A program made the position numbers and the translations under genes. From positions 68,760,001-68,824,000 of the forward strand of contig NC_058368.1 in assembly GCF_018350175.1 (NCBI RefSeq): a stretch of DNA of 64,000 bases. The letters run 5' to 3'. This DNA comes from Felis catus. Lineage: Eukaryota. The first letter of the stretch is position 1, and the number at the start of each line of letters is the position of its first letter. Below are positions 14,851-27,229 of this stretch, one piece after another. A model generated the notes under the pieces. It did not search any database, was not told the origin of the DNA, and saw only the letters and a program-made list of their open reading frames with translations.

Positions 14851-15661
14851 TATGTCTTGACTTAAAAAATTTTTTTTGAAGAGCTGATTTTCTGAAAATT
14901 TTCAAAAATAAATGGTTAGTGACAGAGGTTTCTCTATATTTTATATCCTGCTATGAATGCAAGTTCCCTAGGGAATTTTAAACTAATTATAGCAACCAGC
15001 ACTAGATATTTCATCTTGCTAACTGAAATCTAAGACACTTAAGTATCTCATAAATATTAGTTTTACGATATTAAAAAATGCAGGGTAGTCCATTTAGACT
15101 GATTGCACATAAGTTTCCTGCCTCATAGAAAATATCACTCTGGTATATAAATTTAAAATAAAGAGAGCCAGCTATTTTCTTTTGCTTTGTCTCATCCATC
15201 CATCCATCCATCCATTTATCTACTCAACAAATATTTATTGAACCTTGTGCTCAAAGCAAAAGAATGGAAAAGTCTAGTCCCAACCCTACAGACTCTCAGC
15301 TGACACTTAACTAGGGATGCATAGTTCTGCTCACATAACTGCACCCCAAAATGTTCATGGCTTGATTAAATGATATTGAGTGAATACTTATATACTTAAG
15401 TTCTTATTACACTAATTATATGCTTCGGAGTTAAAACTTGATTCTCCTGAAAACAAACACTTGTGACATGTGAGTAAAACCAAATATCACTTGTGGATCC
15501 TGTTCATTCATTATCAGAAGGCTTCTCTTTTTGCCTGTCTGTCCCGTTCTTTTATTTTCTCACTTGAGGAAAGTCTGCAGCTATACAGGGGAATGTGGGA
15601 AAAGTAAACGCGTTTCAAGTTTACTGGTTTGCACATGCATCAAAGAAAAAAAAATCTTTGA

Positions 15662-15840
15662 GGGGCACCTGAGTGGCTCAGTTTGTTAAGTGTCTGACTT
15701 CAGCTCAGGTCACGATCACACAGTTCGTGGGTTCGAGCCCCGTGTTGGGCTCTGTGCTGACAGCTCAGAGCCTGGAACCTGCTTCAGATTCTATGTCATT
15801 AAAAAACAAAACAAAACAAAACAAAAAAAACACAATAAAA
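15662..15840 (+). mobile_element. Carnivore SINE lacking the CT-rich 3' segment, with an (AAAAC)n tail
   Basis: Body runs to ...gattctatgtc (15797) then joins the tail directly; degenerate TSD aaaaaatc(t/a)tt. Confidence 0.88.
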
Positions 15841-15940
15841 AATCATTAATAATCCTCCCTTTGTAAAATAGTGATGCACAAAATTTTCTTTTTATAATAA
15901 CACCATACTGATTTCATTTTATTTTTAAAAATTTGTTAAG

Positions 15941-16152
15941 GGGGCGCCTGGGTGGCGCAGTCGGTTGGGCGTCCAACTTCAGCCAGGTCACGATCTCGCG
16001 GTCTGTGAGTTCGAGCCCCGCGTCGGGCTCTGGGCTGATGGCTCGGAGCCTGGAGCCTGTTTCCGATTCTGTGTCTCCCTCTCTCTCTGCCCCTCCCCCG
16101 TTCATGCTCTGTCTCTCTCTGTCCCAAAAATAAATTAAAAAAAAAGTTGAAA
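15941..16152 (+). mobile_element. Young felid SINE (SINEC_Fc-type) nested in the tail of another SINE
   Basis: ggggcgcctgggtggcgcagtcgg...gctgatggctcggagcc with CpGs largely intact; exact TSD aaaaatttgttaag at 15927-15940 and 16153-16166. Confidence 0.95.
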
Positions 16153-16166
16153 AAAAATTTGTTAAG

Positions 16167-16374
16167 TGTTTATTTACTTTTGAGAGAGACAGAGACAGAG
16201 ACAGAGACAGAGCGTGAGCAGGGGAAGGGCAGAGAGAGAGGGAGACACAGAATCTGAAGCAGGCTCCAGGCTCTGAGTTGTCAGCCCAGAGCCCGACGCG
16301 GGGCTCGAACTCACAGACCGCGAGATCATGACCTGAGCCGAAGTCAGATGCTTAACTGAGCCACCCAGTGCCCC
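16167..16374 (-). mobile_element. Carnivore SINE (host of the nested insertion; tail remnant at ~15915-15926)
   Basis: Antisense SINE body; TSD caccata(c/a)tgattt at 15901-15914 and 16377-16390. Confidence 0.93.
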
Positions 16375-16833
16375 ACCACCATAATGATTTTAATACTATA
16401 GAAATTATCATATAGTTTTTTTTGGAAGCTTACATTCTCGAAATGTTTTCCAATAAAATTTTTCAAGCAAATAAAATTTTGATGGACAAATGTTGAGTAA
16501 GAAGCATTTAGATACTTATATGAACATATTATAACACTGAATCTTCAAGTTTGTTAATATATATGATTTCTTTTTGAAAAACAAACTGTGATCCACACCT
16601 AAAAATAAAGTAAAATATAACATATACTGATTTCTGAAGCATGATGGAAGATTTTGTTACACTGTGATAAAGAGGAAGGCAGTAAGCAATGTTCTAGGAA
16701 GGGCTCATGACAATTTTGGTTGTAAAAGTTTAAAGCAAAAACCAATGTCATTAACTTACCCTAATGCATTTACTCTAATTCATCTCTAAAATGCTTTCTG
16801 CAAAGCGTTTGTCTCTATTTTGAAAATATATTT

Positions 16834-16960
16834 GGGGCACCTGAATGGCTCGGTCAGTTAAGCATCCGACTCTTGATTTCAGCTTAGGTCATGATCCCGT
16901 GGTTTGTGAGTTTGAGCCCCATTGTTGGATTCTGTGCTGACAGCATGAAGCCTGCTTGGG

Positions 16961-16996
<36 letters not shown>

Positions 16997-17060
16997 CCTC
17001 CTCAGCTCATGTGCATGCATGCACACCTTCTCTCTCAAAATAAATAAACATTAAAAAAAT
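16834..17060 (+). mobile_element. Carnivore SINE with expanded (TC)n
   Basis: ggggcacctgaatggctc...(tc)n...aaaataaataaacattaaaaaaa. Confidence 0.92.
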
Positions 17061-20026
17061 TAATTTTCAATCTATTTGAATTGAACTTGCATTTTAACTT
17101 CTTTTGACCCTAAATCTAGTCCCCCCTTTAATATTTAATTCTCATACTTGTAGGAACATAAAATGATCTACAATTCCAAATACATATTATCCTCAGTCAT
17201 AGTGCAAACTCCTAGGAAAACTAGTTAATTTGATGGATTTCCTAAATCAAGATTGATCTTAATAAGTGAGAGCAAACACAATTGAAACCAAATGGATGTA
17301 CTTTTCAGTGGTATGAACATCCCAGGTGCCCTTGGCTGTCTCTGATGTTGTCGTGAAGAAGTGAGAACATTAGATTTCCCAGCCCCAAAGGTGATACTAA
17401 ATCCATGTACCCCCATGATCATTTCAGGCATGTGAATGATCTGGAGAAGCACTCTTTTCTTCCCCGAGGAGGGTTAGTGATTCAGATGAAATCTTTAGCT
17501 TAAATGAACTTTGTGTTTCTGCTGCAGGGGAACCAGGCAAACCCCACCGGACCACAGGTGTCTCCCTAAAGATCCCTGTCACTACTAGGCAAGAAACAGG
17601 ACTCCTAGCGTGTCCAAGGCCAAAGGGGCCCTGGAGACCCTCAAGTGTTTCCACTGAGACCTCCTCAAAACAGAGGAGAGACGAGATGGTCTCCTGAGGT
17701 TCAGGAGGACTGACAGAAGAAGGCTTCTTATTTATCTGAAGTCTCTAAATGGTATCTTCTACTCCATTATGTATGTCTGCTCTAATACAAAAAATTTAAA
17801 ATTACTTACCCCTGAAGTTATTTGACTTTCCTTTCTGTCCCAACTTTTTTTTTTTTTTTTAATTTTAGTAAAACTGATCCTTCCGTACGCTACAGTATTA
17901 TGTTTACCTGTGGCTGTGTAGCTACTCACCCCCGGGTCTCACAACCACGGCTTGGTCCAGCGTCTCCTTTTCATGGCTGGGTAAGCCAAGGCCTGGAGAG
18001 GGGCTGTGACTCACCCCAAGTCTCCTGCCTACCTTGTGACCGTGTGAAAACTAACTCAGCTCTCCTAACTGCCAGCCCTGCCCGTTTGCTGATAGTTAGG
18101 CAATTGGGCTACTCCCCAAGGGTAGGAAAGTGTATTTCAGACGGAGGGCCTTTCCTTTTCACACTTTCCCACTTTGGGAAAAGAAGTGCAGATGGCCCTT
18201 TCTTTCTAGAAACTTCCTGGGATCTAGTGAGCTAAGTGCGTTTTTTAGTAGGAGGTGTGGTGAGGGAGCCAGTTACCTGTGTGTTTTCAAGCTCTCCATC
18301 GTCTTCCTGACTCTTGAAAACCAAAGTGCTTCTCCTTCTAAGGAAACCTTGGGAAAGCCTAAAGCATTGGCCTAAGGCAGAGAAGTGGGAACCTTTAAAA
18401 CTGCTGGCTTAGGGACAGGATCTCCATCCTTAGCGGCTCTCTGAAAATATTGCAGGTACCATTTGAGAAGCTGGATGAACCTCGGGAGGCCTGTTCGCAG
18501 AGCTGACAGGGAGTTAGAGAAAGCGCCTTGCACCGTGCAGAAGGCGTAACCAGGCATAATAAATATTTTCTGCTGCTGAGTCATTCTTACTGGAAAAAGT
18601 AGTGCAGACAGGATCATCTCTGCCAAGTGCTGCAGGGGTTATCTGTGTGGCCTTAACCAAAATTTCCACCAGCGATGTTGCAACCTCCCTACCCCGGCTC
18701 CATGAAGAACCCAGGGATGAGATGCCTTGTAGTGGTGCTCTGCTTCCAGTCGTCCAGACTCCTGCACAGACAGTCCACCGCTTGAGGCTCAGCAACAACA
18801 GTGTAGCTGGGGCGATGAAGTTTCAAGTTCAGTGGTCAGCTCAATGGCATGTGGTTGTACAAACCGTATCTCTTGACTCTTAGCAGTTGCGGATGTAAGT
18901 GAGTCATACATTTCTCATCCGTACACACACTTTTGTTAAACCCTAAGAAGTCATTTTGATTCTATTTCAATGAGGAAAACATCATTTACATCTGCACACA
19001 AGGCTTTATTGTAATCATAAAAATTATTTCGCATTTTACCCCAAGTTTAAAAGAGGCTTCATGAGCAAAATAATGCTTTAAATGTAGAAGCAGTGCTGTA
19101 TAGGGGAGTTGCCTGATCATAGCATACCGTAATGACAAAACTTTGGCGGGGGTGGGGGTGTATACAGAGTATAAGGAGGTAGCCATGTGATGATCCGCAT
19201 GCCAGAAAAGGTATTGTTCAGACTCTCTCTTTTTGCCTCTCTCTCTCTCTCTCTCATTTTATCTTGTCAGATTTGGTTTGACTCAAAGCTATTGGTTCTC
19301 TTAGAGAAGGAGGTCAGACCAGTTTGAGAAAAAAGCAGCATTAGACGAGCAATCGAAGTATGCACATGGGAACGCAGGTGATAAAATCATTTTGGAAAAT
19401 AATGAACAGGTAACTTGAGAGCTGGTCGTGAGGGTGGTATCACAGGTTATGCCAGGTTATTAATTTTCCAGCTCAGCAGTATGCCTCTTAAAAAACACTT
19501 AAAGGAAAAGGGATACGTTTGTGAAAGAAACGCAGTTGTTGGAGGAGATTAAGGAACTGACTGAAGTCCACGGGTCAGTTACCCGGGAAAGCAAAACTAC
19601 GTACATTTAAATAAGAATTGTGTATTTGGAAAAATACGCAGAATATGTAGTTGAGAGAGCCGTGTTTAGTACATTAAAATAGATGCCTGAAGATTTCATG
19701 ATTCATCTACGTAATCCCAAAGCACCCCCACCCCCGTTCGTTTGTTTGTTTCCTTCACATTTGATGCTTGTTGAAATGACCCAGTGAACTCCAAGTCACA
19801 AGGGAGCAGAGCCCCATGGGTAGGCGGTGATCATCAGGCTTTACATTTTGCTCCTCTTTTCACAGGAAATTGGGGAGAGCACTGGCGCCTCAGTTTCCCC
19901 TTCCATAAAATGGGAAGCACGTTCGCCACTTCAGAAGTTGCCCGTGACCAGGGGCAGTGCAGCCCTGTGACTTATTTTTCCTTTCCCCCAGTTTCCCTGT
20001 TGCACTTCTCAGAGCGGTGGCCCGCT

Positions 20027-20142
20027 GTTGCCATGGTGACACAGCACCGGGTGACGTCGCTTAGAAATAACCACAACCGGTGGCAGCGGGGAGGCTGAGC
20101 CAGCGGTGATTAGCCTGGGAGGAGTGCCCCATCTGGGCGGAG
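20027..20142 (+). promoter_or_regulatory. Candidate cis-regulatory cluster: RFX X-box, CRE-like site, GC box
   Basis: GTTGCCATGGTGAC (20027-20040), TGACGTCG (20052-20059) and GGGCGG (20135-20140) in a locally CpG-richer, repeat-free patch. Confidence 0.45.
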
Positions 20143-21356
20143 AGGCCACAAAAGACGCTGCTTGGGGAGGGGGTTGTGGAGGAGGGGACCTGGGTCTGAC
20201 AGGTCCTGTGGTGCTGCCAGCCTCCAGCGATTAGCATCGTGTGACCTAATAATGCCCGCCTGGGTTACATCAGAGCGCGCTAAGTTTTGATAGAATATGC
20301 ACTTTGTTGCCAGGTTTGTCCTTTTTTTTTTTTTTTTTTTTTTTTTATTAGAGCTCCGGGTTTCAAGTGCAGTAAATATTTGTTGTTGATTTCAATTCTA
20401 GCAGTTAGTTCAATTTCCTGAAAGATAAGAGGAATCTTTGACTCAGACTCATTTGTGTAGCCTGCTTTATACTTGGGGCTTGAGTCACTCCTTGTCCACA
20501 GCCATTCTAAAAACTATGGCAGGAAATTGATTTTTTTTTCTAACTTCTAGGGTGAGTGAAATGACATCAAAATAAAAATCCTCCTTTCATATTTTGACTT
20601 CTTCCTGATGCTGCATTTCTGGGTTCTGTACTTTTCTGCTTAAGTCAAATGGTGCTCTGTAGAGAAATTTTTATTTTGTTAAATATTAATGAAATACCAT
20701 CACCTGGATATCTGACCCTCGGGGTATCTTGTTCAGTGTTCAAACAAACCAGTAGCATTCTGCATCCTTCTGGGGTCTTCTGAACCTTTGGGCTGTTCAA
20801 TCCACATCCCCCATATCTGGTTCTGTGCCAGAATGATCGTATTCTACGAAGTCAGTGGAGTGGGGTTGGACGTGAACAGAGGTTGCAGAACTAGAAGGTT
20901 CTTCCTATCAGAACCTCTCTGGGGTGTATTTAACAGCTGGATTACAAACCTCCAGAAGAAGGGGACCTGGCTATATGGCCTCAGGGGACAAGGGCAGAGG
21001 AAGACTTGGTTTCTCTGGTCTGCCTCCAGAGATATGTCAACCCCCCAGTCCACTGTGTTGAGGGCCCATGTGGCTCAAAACTTGGGCATTCACTTGCTAA
21101 GAATACCAGGGCCAGGGATGGGGCCACTTGGGGCCCAGTCTTATCAAAGAACTTACTCACAGCCAGTTTCAGCAAACTTTTCTGCTGACAGCCTTCAGGA
21201 GTCAGTTTTGCTCCCATCCGGAAAGTCCAAGACCACCATACCGTGACGACTGGGCTGGGGGTGTCGGTGAGCTCTTGGTGCACAGTAGCATTTTATGTGC
21301 TGTTCTGTAGAAGAGAAAATGTGAAGAAGTATTAACACCACCCCCCCACCCCCCCG

Positions 21357-21463
21357 GGAGGACTGATACAATATTACATCAGGAAAGACCTCCCCTCCCC
21401 ATAGGCTGACACCTGGGCCTTATGACTCTCTGGGAGAGGCACATTCTCTGCAGAGGGAACAGC
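21357..21463 (+). repeat. 107-bp dispersed direct repeat, copy 1 (copy 2 at 22422-22528)
   Basis: ggaggactgatacaatattacatcaggaaagacc...ggaacagc occurs twice with 4 substitutions. Confidence 0.95.
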
Positions 21464-21483
21464 CCCTAGATATGTGTTCTTTT

Positions 21484-21679
21484 TTTCTTTTAGTGTTTAT
21501 TTGTTTTTGAGAGAGAGAGAGAGAGCAGGGAAGGGGCAGAGAGAGAGGAAGACAGAGGATCTGACGTGGGCTCTGCACTGACAGCAGCGAGGCTGACCTG
21601 GGGCTCCAACTCACAAACTGCGAAATCATGACCTGAGCTGAAGTCGGACGCTCAACCCACTGAAGCACCCAGGCGCCCC
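21484..21679 (-). mobile_element. Carnivore SINE
   Basis: Antisense body ending caggcgcccc; TSD tagat(a/c)tgtgt(t/c)ctttt at 21467 and 21680. Confidence 0.92.
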
Positions 21680-22179
21680 TAGATCTGTGTCCTTTTTGCA
21701 GACTGGAGCCTAAGTATTCAACACCTGCTCTGTCCTCGTGCTGAATGCAAAACCATGTCACCTCTGCACCCTCCCTGGGTGCCCCCTCGGATCTGGACTC
21801 TGGAGCAGGAACACAATGGACTCCCCAAATGCTCCCCCCTCCCCGGTACAGTTGCTCCTGTTAGATCTCACAGCTCAAACAGCCTGCTAACAAATCTAGG
21901 CCAAACCCAGCCGAGCTGATAAGATTTCCAGAAGAGTTCCTAAAAATACATTTCTCCTTAACTCAGCCTTGCCAATCACAGTACAATCACAGAACTTTCA
22001 GGGCAGAAGTGGCCTTAAAATATTGTTGCACCCTCTCCAGTTTGACGCTAAGAAAGAAGTTGGAGCCCCAGAGAACCGACATAGTGGCAAGAACAACAAT
22101 GGACGAGAAATATTTCAAATCACATCATGAGGATGGAACCAAACAAGCCTTAAGGCACAAGCTATGAGCTTTGTAGTGT

Positions 22180-22930
22180 ATTCATTGATTTATGTGTCCA
22201 TTCATCCGCACACTCATTCAGCAAACATCCACTGAGTGCTTACTATGTCTTAAAAGTTTCCGTGTCGCATTAGCTGTCAGGGATAAGACAGACCCTGCCC
22301 TTACAGATGTTATATTCTGGGTGGCGGAGAAAAACGAAAACATCAGTAACTATGTGTGTGAGTTTCCAATCATGATGAGGACTTTGGAGGGAAATAAAGC
22401 AGGGTGACCCCGAGTGAGGAAGGAGGACTGATACAATATTACATCAGGAAAGACCTCCCCTCCCCATAGGCTGACACCTGGGCCGTATGACTCTCTGGGA
22501 GAGGCGCATTCTCAGCAGAAGGAACAGCGAGGCCAGAGTCTCGAGGCAGGCGGACAAGTTGACAGCTCAAGGACCGGCCAAAGGCAAGGGTGGCTGAGGG
22601 GGAGTGAAGGGAAGGTCAGGGAAGGTGTGGGGCTGGTCATGACGGGCTATTATAAGTCTCTTGGCTTTGACACTCGAGGTGGGGAGCCACTGGAAGTTCC
22701 TGAGCAGAGAAATGACATGATCTGGTTCCATTTTCAAAGGCTTTCCCAGAATTATGTGTTGGAGGGGCTGCAGCGGGGCATGGGGAGCCGCAGAGGACAC
22801 TGGTTGGACCTGTGACATTAATCCAGATGATGGCAGCCACGTGGGTGGTGAGAAGGGGCTGGATTCGGGATCTGTTGGAAAGGCGGAACCAGGGGAACTT
22901 CCTAATGGGTCAGATGTGGGCTGCCTTCAG
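22180..22930 (-). mobile_element. L2 LINE 3' region
   Basis: cattcagcaaacatccactgagtgcttactatgt (antisense L2 3' end) and gagaaatgacatgatctggttccattttcaaagg. Confidence 0.75.
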
Positions 22931-25469
22931 AGAGAGGGAGGAGGGGGGAGGAAGCGGTGGCAGAGACAGAGAAAGGGCACAACTCTGGGGAGTCGTCCCT
23001 GTCTGGTGGGCTTCCAGCCGTCACCCGTCACCCGGTGGAGAGAACGGCCAAACAGAGGCCTGGTGGATTTTGCCTGCATTGCAGTTCTAGTCTGTTCCCC
23101 ACCCCCTCCACATTCACCAGCCACAGGTATGCTAGCCTCTCCCCTCCTCCCCTCCTCCCCTCCTCCTCCTCCCCCCTCCTCCTCCAGCTAACACTGGCCA
23201 CCAGGCATAAACGCTTTGATCTCCCTCCTCTTTATTAACCTTTCACCTCAAAAACATGCTGGCAAAAGGTTCTCAACAAATGTTTGTTTTAAGCCAGTAC
23301 CTGGGTCTTATCTCGCCACTAAAGATGTCCCAGGAATTTATCTGTCTGCCCTGCACGCAGACTGGCTCCAGCCCCTGCCTTTTTCTTCTCTTTGAGACAC
23401 GTGCTGCTCATGGCCCCTTCTGTGCTGATCTAAGGGAAGCCACTGGCTCTTCATTTCCAGAGCACATGTGGTCTGATCCAGCCCCTCTTGGTGGGGGTAC
23501 CGGCCACGCCGGCTTCTGACATCACTCACACCCACCCCGCACACACACACACACCGAGATACTTTATGCTACGCTCTCCTGATGGCGTATCCAGTTTCCA
23601 CAGGGAGAGAACAGCCTGGTCCCCCACGTCCTCAACTCCCATCACGTTCGTGTGTGCTCTTGTTATAACCCAGGTCTTTTTGTTGCTTTAAACTGCCCCG
23701 TCTCTGAGGCCTTGACTTTTGAAATTGACAGCATCCCTTCACCGCCCCTGCTCTCAAATGCCAAGGGCAGATGGAGAAAGCGACGAAACCAAACTTTCAT
23801 CTCAGAGCAAGCTCATGCTATGGCGTGGAGGTTGTGCCTTCTGGGCCACTTGACATTCTCTGGCTTTATCTCTTGTCCCTGCTGCAGCTGCCCGCAAGGG
23901 CCATCGGAAGCTTCAGGAGCTCTTGGTGGGGGCCCAGCCCCACACCTGCCTGTCCCAGCAAGTCGAACATCTCTTACTGACCCAGAGGGCAGGGGCCACA
24001 ACACAGAAGCTGCCCCATGTCACTTTCCTGCTCTCCAACCGAAAACCCGGCTGTCTCTTTCACTCCCCACCTTCTTTCAGCCCTTCGTCTGAGAAAGGAG
24101 CATCTTCTCTCTCGCCAAGGCTGGGCCTCCACTGGAGCTGGTGGCCTCATCCCTCCCCCTCCTTTGGGCCACAGTTCCGGCTCTCGAGCCCGCACCTCAG
24201 TTTGCCATCTTTTCCCAAGCTGCTGTTGTGTTTCCCTCCTTCCACTCAGGAAAGAAACGAGAGGCTGGAAGTGAGACAGGAGAAGCAGGCTCTCTCCCGC
24301 TCTCCTGGGTGCTTCACTTGGTCCCTCCTTCCGCTTCTGCGAACACATTCCAGGCTCACCAAGGGTCACCCGCCCTGGGAGCACGCAGGTAATCAGCGCC
24401 CATCTGACTGCAAAGCAAAGACAGTTCAGAGCCTCCCCTGTTGCTACATGGTGTTCTTGCAGCACCAAATACTCCGAAGAGCTCCAGGCACCGAGGGCTT
24501 CATTTTCCAGCTGTCCTGACCCCTCCCCCCACAGCTGTGAGCCAGGGAAACTGCCATCTGGAAAGTCAGCAGTGGCCGCCTCGTTAGGATGTCTGGCCAC
24601 CCCAAACCATCCACATGCCCATGGTCTCCTGGAGGCAGTGGACTCTTCTGGCTACTCCCTCCATCTTGGAGCTCTGAAACTCTCCCCACACACCCTTGAC
24701 CCTGCACTATTCAGAGGATCTCATGTCTCTCGTCATTCTTGGTCTATGGTTTCGCTTGTTCCTCTTCTTTCCATCACCTCTAAGTAACCGAACAGACTGT
24801 CCTTGACTCTGTTCAAGGCTTTCTCATTTCTCCCCTGGATATAGACACAGATGTAGATACAGATATAAATCTCTCTCTCTCTCTCTCTCTCGCTCGCTCT
24901 CTCTCTGTCCCCTCTCTTCAATTTCAATGCCCCTATTTCCAATTGGCTTCCACTTCCCGACATCTTTCCTCCTGGGCAGAGCGTCAGTGTCCACACAGGA
25001 TCCAACTTTTGAAGTCCTCTTTGATCTCTCCCTTGCTGTCTATATTCCCAAAGCTGATCCACTTCTAGTGGATTCACCCCAGCCACACCCTCCTCCTCTT
25101 CCTTCTCACTACTGCAATGTAATTCGGGGCCTCAATTATCCCTTTTCTCTGGACCATTGCTATAATCAATATCCAGTGTTACCACCTGTGAGACCTTCTC
25201 ATTCTAATGCATCCTGGGTGATGCTATCAGAGAGAGCTTCCTCTAGCTGGGGTCTTAGCTGGGTTCCTCCAGTGCCCCCCCCAAATCTACCATACTAGTG
25301 ACCCTCATATTTTATACCTGAGTCACCTTAGATTTATACAGCTTAAGACCCTACAACACCATTCTCAGTGCGGATAGGACCACGCTGTAAAGAAAGGAAA
25401 CATTTCTTTGGAGATTTAAGGGAACATTTTTTCCCATTGCCCAAAGGACTAGGGAGCATCTCTAAAATC

Positions 25470-25668
25470 TGGGGCGCCTGGGTGGCCCAGTCGGTTGAGC
25501 GTCCGATTTTGGCTCAGGTCATGATCTCGCAGTTTGTGGGTTTGAGCCCCACATCGGGCTCGCTGCTGTCAGCATAGAGCTGGCTTCGGGTCCTCTGTCT
25601 CCCTCTTCTGCCCCTCCCCTGCTTGCACTCTCCCCACAATAAATAAATATTAAAAAAATATTTTTAAA
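25470..25668 (+). mobile_element. Carnivore SINE
   Basis: ggggcgcctgggtggcccagtcggttgagcgtccga... with A-rich tail. Confidence 0.92.
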
Positions 25669-27227
25669 AATGTAGTGGGCAGGAGCGAAGGATTTTGCCA
25701 TCTTGTGATGTCTATCTGTGACTCCCTCAGAGCGAAGAACCGGCCTGTAGCTCATGACCTTTGAGTGTCCTGCTGGACATTCACATAGATAAAAATCCTG
25801 TTCATAGTGATCTTGGTCAAGATCTTAAGTGTATTTTTTTGTACAAAGTGTGTTTTTAATTGATTTATTTTTTACTTTTAGACCATCTTAATACAGCTGA
25901 ATTTGTTAAGAACATTAACACCTGTGTAAATTGAGGCACCATTGTTCTTTAACTTGTTAGGAGCTGTAACGGGAATTTTTTGACATTTTGAAAAGACACA
26001 TCACTTGTCATACCTCTGTCAGTCTGCATTTGTGCCTGTCACACTGAAAATAATGCTACATGCATACAGGTGTGAGCCTCTGACTGCCTCATTCTGTTTG
26101 GTAGCATGTATGTATGTACCTAAGCACTGAAATTTCAAAACACACATTATTCATTTTATTAACAATTACTTCCTTTGAAAGCTTCTACTCCAGTATGGTA
26201 ATATATGCTTGTTGGCCGCACTATTGATTATTTTTGTTCAGTGATAATGAAAGTTATGCTACAAAACTTCTGTCGCAAAAGGGGGTCTAGGCATTTGTAA
26301 GCGTGCGGGCAGATGAAATAGCCAGTTGGCTGGTGATAATGGAGGGAGAGAGAGACAGAAAAGGAAAAAGGTCAGCTGAAAAGCAGTCCTGTCCACCAGG
26401 GGCGGTGGCCAGGGAAGGAAATGGAAGGTTCTGGCAAAGACTTCTCTGGGAATTCAGGGGCTAGATTGCAGCCTGCCGCTCAGTAATCATTTTTTTCTGA
26501 CAGCAGCCACTGGGTCCAGGAAACCGGTAAGTGCGGTCAGCCTTAAATGGTATCTAATACAATTGCGTTTATTCTAATAAGAGCGTCTCCTAACTGAATT
26601 ATAAATGTTTAGATAGAAAACACAGACACAGTGAAAAAAACATAATTTGAATACAAATGTGTGTTGAATATATTATATCTGACTGTAGTTTCAGGATTAT
26701 ATTTAGAAATTTCTCCTCTTCTAATTAAAGATGAGATTTCTTTCTCTGCCCATTCCTGGAAACTGCAGTGAAAATGGACTGGAAATTTTCATGTGTTAAA
26801 ATGAGACCTGGATTTTATGAATCTTTCGCTTGTATTTTAAGATACAAGAGAAAAATTGTAGCTGGGAATTTCTTTTATTACTGTTGTCATGAACACTGGC
26901 TCAGCAGACCCACCCTTGTGACCTTGGGTGGCCAGTGTTTTGTTTTTCTCATTGAAGTGTATTTAAAAGTGTGTTCAAAAGAACAAAGTACCATATAAAA
27001 TGGAGGCATCATTGTTAGCCTCGGTTCTTTCTCTGCTTAGAATGAATGTGTGTTTGGAATTCGTCTTAGAAGAGCATCCATCAAAAGTTTGTCTCACTAA
27101 TTTCTGGGAAGGATTTCATAGTGTGTACCAACTTCATAGAAAGGACTTTTCTAGTTTCTGTGACTCAAACTTCATTTACTTTACAGAAATTTATAACTTT
27201 TAGTGAGTGGAAGTTTATCTCCACCTG

Positions 27228-27229
<2 letters not shown>

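Noticed and set aside
15941..16030. tRNA-like A/B boxes (tggcgcagtcgg, gttcgagccc)
   Set aside because: They belong to the tRNA-derived SINE head; no complete cloverleaf tRNA gene.
15914..16133. Recurrent similar ORFs (..SLEPASDSVSPSLSAPP.., ..GAEREGDTESE..) here and at other loci
   Set aside because: These are translations of SINE copies, not a gene family.
23652..24707. Cluster of overlapping 146-208 aa ORFs on both strands
   Set aside because: GC-rich, stop-poor sequence. Products are Pro/Ser/Leu-biased with no family resemblance or exon structure.
26393..26406. CTCF-like CCACCAGGGGCGG
   Set aside because: One G short of the core, which shifts the key GGC positions. Other partial matches (38157, 47049) are also too weak without data.
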